Positions 26,101 through 38,168 of a stretch of DNA of 64,000 bases are shown in pieces. Under the pieces are notes generated by a model. It was not told the DNA's origin, did no database searches, and saw only the letters and a program-made list of their open reading frames with translations. Positions within the stretch are counted from its first letter, which is position 1. Each line of letters opens with the position of its first letter. The translations under genes were made by a program, and so were the position numbers. Source of the DNA: Lama guanicoe (lineage: Eukaryota); assembly GCA_013239625.1 (NCBI GenBank), contig MU053520.1:338934-402933 (forward strand), written 5' to 3'.

Positions 26101-26207
26101 CATTTTATCTTTTATAATCATAAGTTAATCCCTTGGTCTTTTGTGCTGAGCATATACACCTAAATGTTGATGCCCAACTCATCTTGCACAGGGGACCAAA
26201 GCAATCA

Positions 26208-29200
26208 AATCTGTTTTGTAAATAAATTAATTTTTATCATATTTTAGATTCCAGATATGATAGGTGATATTTGTCTTTCTCCATCTGATTTACTTGACTT
26301 TGTATGATAATTTCTAGGTCCATCCATGTTGCTGCATATGGCACTATTTCATTATTTTTTATGGCTGAGTAGTATTCCATTATATATATCTTTTGGTAAA
26401 CACTTATGTTGCTTCCATGTCTTGGCTATTGTGAATAGTGCTGCTGTGAGCATTGGAGTACATGTACTCATTAAAATTAGAGTTTTCTCTGGATATATGC
26501 TCAGAAGTAGAATTGATGGATCATATGCTAACTCTACTTTTAGGTTTTTTTAAGGAATCTCCATTCTGTTTACCATGTGGCTGCACAAAACATTTTCACC
26601 AACAATGTATGAGAGTTCCCTTTTCTCCACATCCTCTCCAGTATTTATCATTTGTGGATTTTTTAATGAACATTCTGACTGGTGTGAGGTGATCCCTCAT
26701 TTTAGTTTTGACTTGCATTTCTCTGACAATTAGTGATATTGAGCTTCTTTTCATGTGCCCATTGATCATCTTGTATGTCTTCATTAGAGAAATGCCTGTT
26801 TAGTTCTGTCCATTCTTTTACTGGGTTGTTTGTTGATATTGTTTTTATTGAGATGTATGAGCTGTTTGTATATTCTGAAAACAAAGCCCCTGTTTTAGCC
26901 TCATTTGAAAATATTTTCTCCCATTCTATAGGTTGCCTTTTCATTTTGTTTATGGCTTTCTTTACTGTACAGAAGCTATTGAACTTGATTAGCTACAATT
27001 TGTTTATTTTTGCTTTTATTTCTGTTGCCTTGGGAGACTGACCTAGGAAAACATTGTTACAATTTATGTCACAGAATATTTTGCCTATGTTTCTCTAGGA
27101 GGTTTATAGTGTCTTCTATTATATTTAAGTTATTAAGCCATTTTAGATTTATTTTTCTGTATGAGGTGAACGAGTGTTCTAACTTCACTGATTTACATGC
27201 ACCTGTCAAGTTTTCCAAACAAAACCTGCTGAAGAGACTGTCTTTTCTCTATTGTATATTCTAACCTCCATTGTCAAAAATTAATTAATCATAGGTGTGT
27301 GGGCTTATTTCTGGGCTATTTATGTTCCATATGTCTGTTTTTTTGGTGCTAATACCGTGCTGTTTTAATTACTGTAGTATTGTAGTATTGTCTGAAGCCT
27401 AGAAATGTTATGCCTCCAGCTTCATTCTTTTCTTCAATATTGCTTCAGCAATTCTGCATCTTTTGTGATTCTATGTAAATTTTAGGATTATATGTACTAG
27501 TTCTGTGAAACATTTTCTGGGTAATTTGAGAAGGATCACATTAAATCTATAGTTGCTTTGAGTAGTATGGCCATTTTAACAATATGAATTCTTCCAGTCC
27601 AAGAGCATGTTATATTTTTCCCTTTCCTTAAAGCATCTTTAATTTTCTTAACCAATATTTTGTAGTTCATAGCATGTAAGTCTTTCGCTTCATGGACAGG
27701 TATTCCTAAGTATTTTTTAATGCAATTTTAAAAGGGATTGTTTTTTACTTTCCTTTTTTTGATATTTCATTGTTAGTGTAAATAAATACAACAGCTTTCT
27801 GTATGTTAATCTTGTATCCTGCTACCTTGTTGAATTTGTTTATCAGCTCTAGTAGTTTTTGCATGGAATCTCTAGGGTTTTCTATGTATAATATCATATC
27901 ACCTGCATATGGTGGCAATTTTACCTCTTCTCTTCCACTTTGGGTATATTTTACATCATTTTTATTATCTGATTGCTATGACTAGGATTCCAATACCATG
28001 TTGAACAGAAGTGATGAGAGTGGGCATCCTTGTCTTGTTCTAGATTTTAGTGGGAAAGCTCCTATCTTCTCACTGTTAAGTATTATGTTGACTGTGGGTT
28101 TGTCATCAATATGTTGAGATATGTTCTCTTGGTACCTACTTTGATAAGAGTTTTTTTCATGAATGGAGGTGAATATCAAATGCTTTTCCTGCATCTATTG
28201 AGATAATCATGTGGTTTTTGTATTTTCTTTTATTGATGCGGTGTATCACATTGATTGATTTATATGTGTTGAAACATTCTTGTGACCCTGGGCTGAATGT
28301 AACTTGATTACAGTATATAATCTTTTTTAATGTGCTGTTGGATTTAGTCTGCTAATATTTTGTTGAGAAATTTTGCATCTATATTCATCAAAGATATTTG
28401 CCTGTAATTTTCTTTTCCAGTTGTGTCTTTTTCTGGTTTTGGTGTCAGGGTAATGGTGGCTTCATAGAATGATTTTGGGAGAGTTCCTTCATCTTCAATC
28501 TTTTGAAAGATTTTGAGAATGAACAGTATAAACTGTTTTTTGTGTTTGGTTCATTTCCCCAGTGAAGCCATCCAATACTGGACATGTGTTTGCCGGGAGG
28601 TTTTTGTTTGTTTGTTTGTTTTGTTTTGTTTTGTTTACAGATTTTATTTCACTTCTAGTAATCTATCTGTTCAAATAATCAATTTCTTATTGATTCAGTT
28701 TGGTGGACTGTATGTTTCCAGAAGCTTCTCCATTTCTTATACATTGTCGAATTTGTTGGCATACAAATATTCATAGTCGTCTCTTACTTTTTTTTTTTTG
28801 TATTTCTGTGGTGTGGGTTATAATTACTCCTCTTTTATTTCTTATTTTGTTTATTTGAATCCTTCCTCTTTTCTTCTTGATGAGACTAGCCAGAGGTTTG
28901 TTAATTTTGTTTACTATCAAAAATCCAGATCTTGGTTTTATTGATTTTTTTTTCTGTTAGTTTTTAAATCTCTTTTTCATTTATTTCCTTCCTGATGTTT
29001 ATTATTTCTTTCCTTCTGTGAATTTTAGGTTGTGTTTGTTCTTTTTTTTTTTTAATTCTTTTAGGTGATAGGTTAGATTGTGTATTTGAAAGTTTTCTTG
29101 TTTTTGAGTATTCTGATTTTAATTGTTTCCTCTTTATAGTTTCTTGTTTCTTCTTACAGTAATCTGCATTCTGTCAGTGGTCTCTCTTAATCCCTCCAGT

Positions 29201-29850
29201 ATTTTTTTTATTATCTCCTTTTTGAACTCAAGTTCTGGTAGACTGGATAAGGCTGTTTCGTTGTTTATTCTTTAAGGGGATTTACCTTGTTCTTTTAATT
29301 GGAAGGGTTTCCTCTGCTTCTTTAATTTACCTGTATTTCTTCGACTTTTTGTATTTAGGCGTAATAGTTATCTATTATGGTATTGAATGGCTGTTTTTAT
29401 GTAGGAGCATCCTTGTGTAGCATGTGTGCATCTAATATTTTCACTTCAATGACTACTTTTAGGGTATCAGATGTCTGACACATGTTTCTTCTCTGTGGGC
29501 TGGCTCTTTTCCACTTGATGGGGGGTGTGATTTGTATGGTGACTAAAGGCTGCCCTGGATGCTGAGTAGGGCCTCCTCTGTGCTCTGTGGTTGTCTGGGG
29601 CTGGGTCTGCTCCCAAGTTATTGGAATAGAAGCCCCCAGATTCATATCTGAGTTGCTGTGTGAGGTAGATAGGACTGCAGCACCACCGCTGGGAGGGGAG
29701 CCAAAGCCAGTTTTCACTTTCCTTACCTCTGAGTTTCATCCATTGCACAAAAAGGCCTGGCCTGCCTTCACCCTGGGCACATCGTCACATGGTCAGGCAG
29801 GGGAAGTAATGCTAGATCAAGGCTCTGTTTTGTTGGAACTTGACAACTAA
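26208..29850 (-). mobile_element. LINE-1 with partial 5' UTR and ORF1 start fused to mid-ORF2 (internal deletion)
   Basis: ORF2 remnants 26300-29105 ([23 protein letters not shown]). 29110-29340 matches the ORF1 start at 58980-59180; 29400-29700 matches the 5' UTR at 58640-58900. Confidence 0.88.
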
Positions 29851-30005
29851 ATGTTGGGGAAAGTCAACAGATTTCCACATTTTTCCAAATTTTGATGTTG
29901 CCCCATGATTTGAGTACCTAAATTCAATTCATTCTCTATTTGGAAGTATATTTTATTTTAAACCTCTACCTATTTAGTGTAATAAAATATTAAAATGTTA
30001 TTATT

Positions 30006-30050
30006 ATTTTTAAGTTTTCTAATTTTTAAAAATTTTATTGAAGTATAGTT
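30006..30050 (-). mobile_element. Minimal L1 3'-end stub
   Basis: T-rich tail plus ttttattgaagtatagtt, between degenerate direct repeats taaaatgttattatt (29991-30005) and taaaatgtgatagtt (30051-30065). Confidence 0.55.
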
Positions 30051-30063
30051 TAAAATGTGATAG

Positions 30064-30131
30064 TTCTTCTTCTTCTTCTTCTTCTTCTTCTTCTTCTTTT
30101 TATTATTAAGATTATTATTATTATTACTATT
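30064..30131. repeat. Compound (TTC)n-(TTA)n microsatellite
   Basis: About 11 TTC units followed by interrupted TTA units. Confidence 0.9.
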
Positions 30132-32139
30132 CAGGTGCAGGTCACTAACAATTACTGTCTAGTTTCCTCCTTTCTTTTTCCCTAGGATGGAGAAATATAT
30201 CTGTTATCCCAAGTGAATGAACTATAGAATTTCACATGATAAAAGAGCCAAATGTGAAAGAAACTTGTAGAAAGGGAAACTTACAATAGAACTTAGTAAC
30301 TATTTTAGAGCATATTTAATCCTGTTATCAATACTAATTCTATAAGCAAACAACAAGTAAAACTTCGATTTAATGATTACTACATATAATATATATTTAA
30401 AATTATATAAATATATACATATACACATGTATATGTGTATATATATATTTAAAATATACACATAAATAGATTTATATTTTTAATTTATCTCTAAGTCTTC
30501 AGTCTGTGCAACATATATACACTACTATCTCTTTTTCATTTTACATATAATGACATTGAAGTTCAGGGTCTATGTCACAAATACAAAGTTCCATACCCCG
30601 CAAGCACAGTGTTGATATTGAAGCAGAGCCTAAAATTTACATTCTATTAAAGTAAAAATGAATCTGCTTATAAGTTGCCAAGAGTTGTGCAATGAAATCA
30701 ATGTATCTGGATAATAAAATATTGGTTTAAAATGTCAACATCTATACAGCATCAATGATCTAGATGAAAAGTAAGTCCTTATTCTAAACAGATATTCACT
30801 CCCACTTGAATAAATAGCTTGTTCCTTAATTTAGAATATCTAGAGATTGTTCCTTTGAGATGAATTCTTTACAGCATAGTGATCTAGGCATAAGTCCACC
30901 CAAAATTTGTACTCAAGTAAATAATTTTTTCAAAAGAAACTTTTTCCATAGAGTAATCCCCCATTGATAAAGTATTCAGTTTTTGAAAAACTTTATAAAG
31001 AGGTTAATGATGTTCCTCTGCACCATAAAGTTCTTATAACCTGTTCAGCAAATAGCAATATTTAATGAGCTTATTTGCCTCAAAGATAAAAGTATGTTAA
31101 AGTATCCAAGATGATAAAGTATGCATTGTGCAGCACTAAACATAATGGCTTAATTAGATGTTAATGTGAATTTTACATTGATTAGAATTAAATGGTAACT
31201 GAATATTTAACTGTTCAGCCAGTCAGCATTTTCCAACATCATAGTTCTGGTGAGGAGGTATTCCCTTTAAACCTGGAACTTGGTGAGAAAGTTGGCATCA
31301 GTGAAAAGTATACCCAAAAGAGAAAAATCACATTTCTCAAGCATTTATACCAAATGATAGCAGGTGGTGAAGTCAGACAAGGCATGGATAACATACCCTC
31401 TGTTTATGACCAGTCCTGTTTATGACGAGACTCATCTTATTTATGACCAGAAGGTAGCAGCTGCCACCTGGCACAATTTTTGTAGGATGTTGAAAGGTCA
31501 CCATGACCAAAATGTTGACTTAATGTTCTTTTGTGATTTGGAGTCAGGTAACATTTATTGAGCTGTAACTATAATGTCACATGCTTTTTCAGGGGCTTTC
31601 ATATATGCTATCTTAAAAAAAAAGCCTAATGCAAATTCTATTTTTACCTGTTTGCTAGTCAACAAACTAAGGCTTGGAGAAGGTAAGAATGTGCTAAAGA
31701 TAATACCTAGACAATACGTGGGCAAGCTGAAATTTAGACACAACTCCTTTAATCCAGATATGTCATATAGATTTCTCACTGATATTTTTACTATTCACAG
31801 GTCTTCTAGAGACAGGTTCATTTTAACTAGTTCCCCCTATACTGATACCTAAAAAGGAGAACATATTACAATCAGCTAATATTTTAGCTCTGAAACTCTG
31901 TCTAATAAACCCAGGATAGTATGGTTTACCTAAGGCTCTGTATATAAAACCTAAAACAAGATATTAACAAAGCAAAGTGTGATCAACAATGGAAGGCTGG
32001 ATGAGGAACAAACTATAAGCTATTAAATTGAGAAGGTTTTTATAGGTTCCATACGTATCTTTCAAGAACTTGGAAGAATTTTGAGATGTTCTAAATGTTG
32101 CAAGATGATTATGGGAATAATAAGGGGAGAATGTAGAGC

Positions 32140-32302
32140 TGAGATATCTAAAATAAAATGTGCTTCTCTGAGAGCTGGGAAATGTTCAAGAGAAGGCTGA
32201 ACAAATTCTTCACAGTAATGTGGAAGGATTCAACAAGCAATGTATTGACTGAGTTGCAAAACTTTTAGGTTCTTCCTCCAAATGTAACACTCTATGATAA
32301 TA
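32140..32302 (+). mobile_element. Ancient CR1/L3-like 3' end
   Basis: gttcaagagaaggctgaac...ttaggttcttcctccaaa...ctctatgat resembles CR1-type termini. Confidence 0.35.
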
Positions 32303-33734
32303 AATAATCTATTAAATTTCTTAAGATAAAGCTTTGTAAAGGTACCGTAGGGTGGAACTCAAGAGATTTTTAAACCTTTATTTTTTTTTAGGATAGTTTA
32401 GAGTAACTTGAATGCCTCAGTACAAGTCACTCACTAGAGTTGTCTTGAAAGATAAATGCTATATATAAAAATTGTAAAGTATAATTCAAGGATCAACTAG
32501 AATTCTTCGTGACTGACAAAATTTCCCATTCTCTTTGTCACAGAATATGGAATTTCAGCATTATTGACACATGCAATTGCTTTTTAAAGGTTATCTTCAG
32601 AAATTTCTGTTAAATGTATATATCTCAAGGATAGCGACGTCACAATCTTTTATCAACTAGCATATTGAAGTTACTACTTCAGAGTCCAGGTGTATACCTA
32701 AAAGAGCACATTATGGGGTGGCTCACAAGGTAAACATAAAAGCATAAACAGAACCTCAAACAAGGAATAGAAGATCATTTGCATTTAAGAAAAAAATAAG
32801 ATAAAATTTCTAGTTATTTTACCTTATGTAGACTTTGCACATATACAACTAAATACACATAAACCTCAGCATATTTATCAATTCTCAGATGATGGCAATG
32901 AACCTCTAATAGTTTTAGGGGAAAGTGGTTGTGAAATGCAGTAAAGATAGAGTGACTATAATTTATTTTTCATATAAAAATACGTATGAGAGTAAAAGTA
33001 TGCTTGAGCATACATGTATGAACAAGACTTTCTAGTAATTTTTGAAGCAGCAAATTACTCGTTAATTATATTTTCACTGCTTAAATGAAAAATTATCTTG
33101 TTTGAAACTACGTATTTATTTTGCTTATGCCATTAAGCTGTAAATTTGCTCTATCTCTATAACCATGTATACATGCCTTATACATAGGAATGAAATAATG
33201 AGACACTTTATTTTACTTTACAGTTTGTTATTTTTTCATTTTTCCTACAGTAATCATAAATTACTTTAGTAATTCAAAATATACAAAATATGAAAATATG
33301 AATTAATTGGTACTTTTAGTTGAATAAATAATCTATAATTTACATTGTAAAAGTAAGAGTCATGAGATGCAGCAAAAGGAAATTTGGGACAAATATTCAG
33401 GCACCTGATACCTGGCTTCTAATAGACTTTCTTTGCCTCGAGGCATTTCAGGTGTATCTTATTAATCTGTGATCTCTCCCACTTTCTAATGTGGCTTGAC
33501 TTTAGTCAGTCTGTTCCTGATACAACACTCATTTTTCAACTTTAAACCAGCTCATCTGTTGGGTTTTGAATCTTTTTTACTTTTAAAAAATTATTTCCTG
33601 ATACTCTTAATTATTTTCATTCATTCTTTTTCTTTTCTTTTCTTTTCTTTTCTTTTACTTTAATTTAGACAAATCCCTTATGTTTCACTATGTAATAACG
33701 TCCTTAGCTTATTGTCATTCCCCTTCTCTGTATC

Positions 33735-33865
33735 TTACTGGACATATGATCCTGATCAACTCACATTTTTCTAAACATTATTTTCATTATCTGTAAAATG
33801 GAGATAATAGCACCTCCTTCAAGTGCTGAGAGGAAGCTTGATAAATGCAGGAGCTATGTAAACTC
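33735..33865 (+). mobile_element. MIR SINE fragment
   Basis: Core motif ttttcattatctgtaaaatggagataatagcacct. Confidence 0.65.
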
Positions 33866-35314
33866 ATTTTCACGTTAAAGAACTGAAAATAGAGAACTAG
33901 GAATAGTGCAAAAATGGAACATCAAAAACCATTGTCAAAACTTGGAAAAATTACTTGACAAAACTGCATGTACTCTCTCTATAAGGATCCATATATCAAA
34001 GTGACCAGAAACATTTTTGTTCAAAACTCCCCCATTTACACAAAACAGCTAAATATAGTTAGTTGTAGAACAATCTCATCTTAATATTTTCCCCACTTAT
34101 TGGAAATTTGATTTAACACCAAACCTCAAGAGGGAATGGAGGGTTGACAGCAAAAGAAATTTCTTTAAGAAAGCCAATCATTAAAAAAAAAAGTTAACAA
34201 TTATTCCAGCTGATTTCTCATATTCTCATTTGGCTTTTTGCCGAGGTTTGCACACTATACATGAATATAGAAAAAAAGTAACACATTTTTTAAAAGGGGC
34301 AAAAAAGGACAAATAAACTCAAGGGGAAAATAACATGAGTTTTTAATGACTGGGGCACTAATGAAAACAGTGAATCAAATAAATAGTTTGTCCTCAAAAT
34401 GTTATGCAAAACACAATAAACTTGAAAGTTCCTGAAATAACATTTTTACAGCTAGTGTAGGAAAATGCCCTATACAACTCCTTGAAAGAAGAAATGCATT
34501 AGCATTTTGCTTTATTACTCTTGGTTACAGATTCCAATCTAATCTCCATAGAAATAGAATTCCAGTTGGGCCTCAGAGATATCTTACAAGCACACTATCA
34601 TCCCAATTTGAGAGAGAAAATCAAGTTAACTGAAATTCAGTCTACTCTCATGGGAACAGTTAGGCTGAACTACCAGGAGGGACCAAATTCAACCTCTTTA
34701 AAGTGGTCTGGATGAATTTTAAATAAACCAAAAGATAATATAGAAGAAATAAAGGAAAACCATTTGTTCTCTCTCTTCTTGTTCTTACTCACTACTTCTA
34801 CCCTCATCAGTCTGTCTACCTCTCTCTTTGTTTCCTTTCACAAATATGAAATGATTATGAAGATGCAAAGGACAAAAATGCCCTCAAACTACCCAAAGAT
34901 CCAGGCATTTTTAGAAACAGTAAAATATATAGCTAACCATACTCCAATACAGGGACTCTTGTTCCTAAGATGTCCGTGTAAACAATTCTTACTTTTATTT
35001 CAACAAATATGAAGTCTTTTAAACTTGTTGGAAATAAATATTACTTTTTAAATTGATGATGTAATTTTTAAACTAATATGGAACAAGATTTTTAAACTCA
35101 CTTAATTGTATATAGACACATTTGTTGATTTAACAGTTCCCTCTTTCCTGTGGATGTTTTGGAAATTTTCTGTTTCCCATTTCAAAAACTTCAAGCAGTA
35201 ATTTCTTACATAATTATGGATATAGTAATTCAGCCAACATGAGTAATCATATTACTTTAGTGATCTTTGAAAATACTTCTCTGCACTAAGAATTATTTTT
35301 AAAACTTGTCATTA

Positions 35315-35485
35315 GCACTTGGGAGTCAAATACAGTGGGGTTTAAGTGGTGGCTTTACCACTTTCTCTGAGCAGATTATTGAACACTAGTAGCCCAGTTT
35401 CTTCTACTGTGAAATAATTTGATAATGAAGATTAAATGCTATAACATAAGCAAAACTCTTAAAACAGTGCTTATCTATGGGAGAC
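35315..35485 (+). mobile_element. MIR SINE fragment
   Basis: ggagtcaaatac...cagtttcttctactgtgaaat...gaagattaaatg...aaaacagtgctt. Confidence 0.65.
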
Positions 35486-35697
35486 ACCACTTTGAATGGC
35501 CCTCCACCTCAGCCATTTCCTCTCTGTGAGACAAGTTCTAAAGACAAAAAGGGAATTTTTCTGGAGCCATTTCTGCACCATCCTGATCTTATTCTTGGGT
35601 GTAGCTAATGGATCTATGGCTTTGATCTGGGTCAGTCAGATTCTCTTCCTTAAAAAAACTGGAACTCAGAGCCTGGGAGTTACTTGATCTAAATCAT

Positions 35698-35718
35698 CAC
35701 ACACACACACACACACAC
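35698..35718. repeat. (CA)n microsatellite
   Basis: About 10 CA units. Confidence 0.9.
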
Positions 35719-37619
35719 AAAACTTTAAAGAGAGGAGGAAGATTAGTTCTTGCTTCTGAGCTTTCCACAGCTGGCCTAGTTCCTTCCCTTGATTCTTTGT
35801 CTTAGATCTTGTGATAAATCACAGTTATTCTGACCCATTAATATTCAGACATTCCCATTTTTCTTTGTACTTCAATTAGAAAGAGTTCCAGGTGTTTTAA
35901 AAAGCATTACCAACACATGTATAGAAGAGTGGACTGTAGAAATAGAACTTCAGGGAAATGTGAGCTCTTTAGAATTGGTGAAGATTAATTGAAAGGTAAC
36001 CAGATATTTTTTTTATATTACTGGAGAAAACTAGTTACCCAGAAACAGTTTATTACAGTTATTATTGGAGGATGATGCTTTAAGAGACTTGACTCCATAC
36101 AACTCAATGAAAGAGAGACAAATGCCATTCTTTCAGAGTTGGATGTTTGATTAATCAATCTTCTACTGCCTTTTTTTAGCCCTGAAAACCAAATACATAA
36201 TTTTATTTGTTTAGGCTATTTGCTTATTTTTGCTGAATTTATGAGCTGTCTATGATTATGATGTACAAATTGTGTTACTAGTCAACTGGTAGTAGAATAC
36301 TGAAGATTAGACTTTAGAATTTCTAAGAAGTATTTATAAATTTAAAAATCAGACATGCTGTCTACTTTCACCCCAAATCTTTCCTCAACAATTTATCTAG
36401 AGCCATTTTTTGCTGAAAGAACTTCCAGACTAACTTTACCCCTCATTGTCATCTGCTAAGGGATTATTTTAATACTCAGTTTAGCTGGGACTATGATAAG
36501 CAATATCAGAACAATTATAAAAGGATTTACATCAAGAATTTACAAATAGTATCATAAAAATCTTTTGAGGGATGGGAAGTTGGAATCTGTACTTGCAAAT
36601 TTTGAAGTTTCTTAACCAGGGAGGATCAAACTGGATTTAATGTCCTAGCTTGGACAGTCATCCGTGTTTGTCAACCTTTTACGAGTTTACTAACACAAAC
36701 ATGGACACCATGCTTTATTGCTCAAGTGTTACTGAATTATCACCCTTGCCCAAAACACAGAAAGGTATTTAAAAATGAGAAAGGACACACAACTTTGACT
36801 GAGTCTGTCATGTGTTTCCTGATCATTCTTGCCTTCAAATTATGCTGAGAAAAGAAGTACACAGGCTTTTTAAAAGGCTTTGCCTAGTTTTTATGACTGT
36901 TATTTTAGGCATGACACATTAAAAAGGAAGAGCTTGAACGGAAATAAGATTATTGATCTGCCACTGGAAATAAGGTGATGAGTATACAGGCAGCAGTTCA
37001 TCACAAGTGAAAAGGCAGCAGAGGGGGGCTTTGTACTCATTTGGAGGTGGCTTAGCCTATCTCATGTGCAGTTTATTAAGTAGTCATGTCAGTTCTTTCT
37101 GCAAAATGGACTCCTCTTAGTACCACCTCCAATTCTACCAACCCAGTATGAGTAAACAACATTTCTTGCCTGGAGGACTGCAATGCCTCGAAAACAATGT
37201 CTGTTTACGTCTTTTTCCCACTATAAATAATTACTAAGGGGAAACCAGGGTGATCACAAAAGCACATAAATCTAACCATGGCAGCCATCTGCTCCATTTC
37301 AACAGCTTATTATTGCTTTGAGAATAAAATCCAATTCCTTTTTAAAAACATATTACACCCCCACATATCTCATATACTTTTCCTTTTACATAGGTAAACT
37401 CTTCATGATTCATTTGATCTTTTTGTCTGTAATTTTAGTATTATGTAGTTTTATTGTATTTGTAAGTATTCCTGTCTATATCTATAGACAAAATATATAT
37501 ATGCATATATATTTTGAATAAACAAAATATAGATGGGAAACAATTGTATAAATATATAGTTCTGGAAAAAAGCACGCACTTGGTTAAGAAATTTAGTATA
37601 AGAAATTTCTACATCAAAA

Positions 37620-37755
37620 AAACCCACTAATTAAAAAAGACACATGCACCCCAATGTTCATAACAGAATTTTTTTACAATTGCCAAGATATGGAAGCAAC
37701 CTAAGTGTTCATCAACAGATGAACGGATAAAGAAGATATGGTACATATATATGTG
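37620..37755 (+). mobile_element. Short L1 ORF2 3' fragment
   Basis: aaaagacacatgcaccccaatgttcata...ggaagcaacctaagtgttcatcaacagatgaacggataaagaag, homologous to 17648-17760. Confidence 0.85.
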
Positions 37756-38077
37756 TGCATATTCTATATGCACCATGCTGTACACTTCATCCTTATGACT
37801 CATTTATTTTGTAACTGGAAATTTGTACCTCTTAATCTCCCTCACTAATTTTACACATCACCCCATCGCCTTGCACTCTGGAAACCACCTGGTTATTCCT
37901 TGTATCTATGAATCTGTTTTACTTTTGTCATGTTTGTACCTACATTTTGATTTTTTAGATACCACATATAGGTGAAGTCATGCAGTATTGTCTGTCTGAT
38001 TTACATACTTAGCATGATACCCTCTGGGTTGCAAATGGCAAGATTTCATTCCTTTTATGGCTGAGTAATATTCCAAT

Positions 38078-38168
38078 GTATGTGTGGTGTGTGTGTGTGT
38101 GTATGTTTGTACACATACATATATAAGGACTATATATGTGTGTGTGTGTGTGTGTGTATATACACACA
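38078..38168. repeat. Compound (TG)n/(TA)n microsatellite within the L1
   Basis: Interrupted TG and TA runs. Confidence 0.85.

Noticed and set aside
30380..30480. AT-rich quasi-palindrome
   Set aside because: Self-complementarity is explained by degenerate (TA)n/(CA)n/(TG)n simple repeats.
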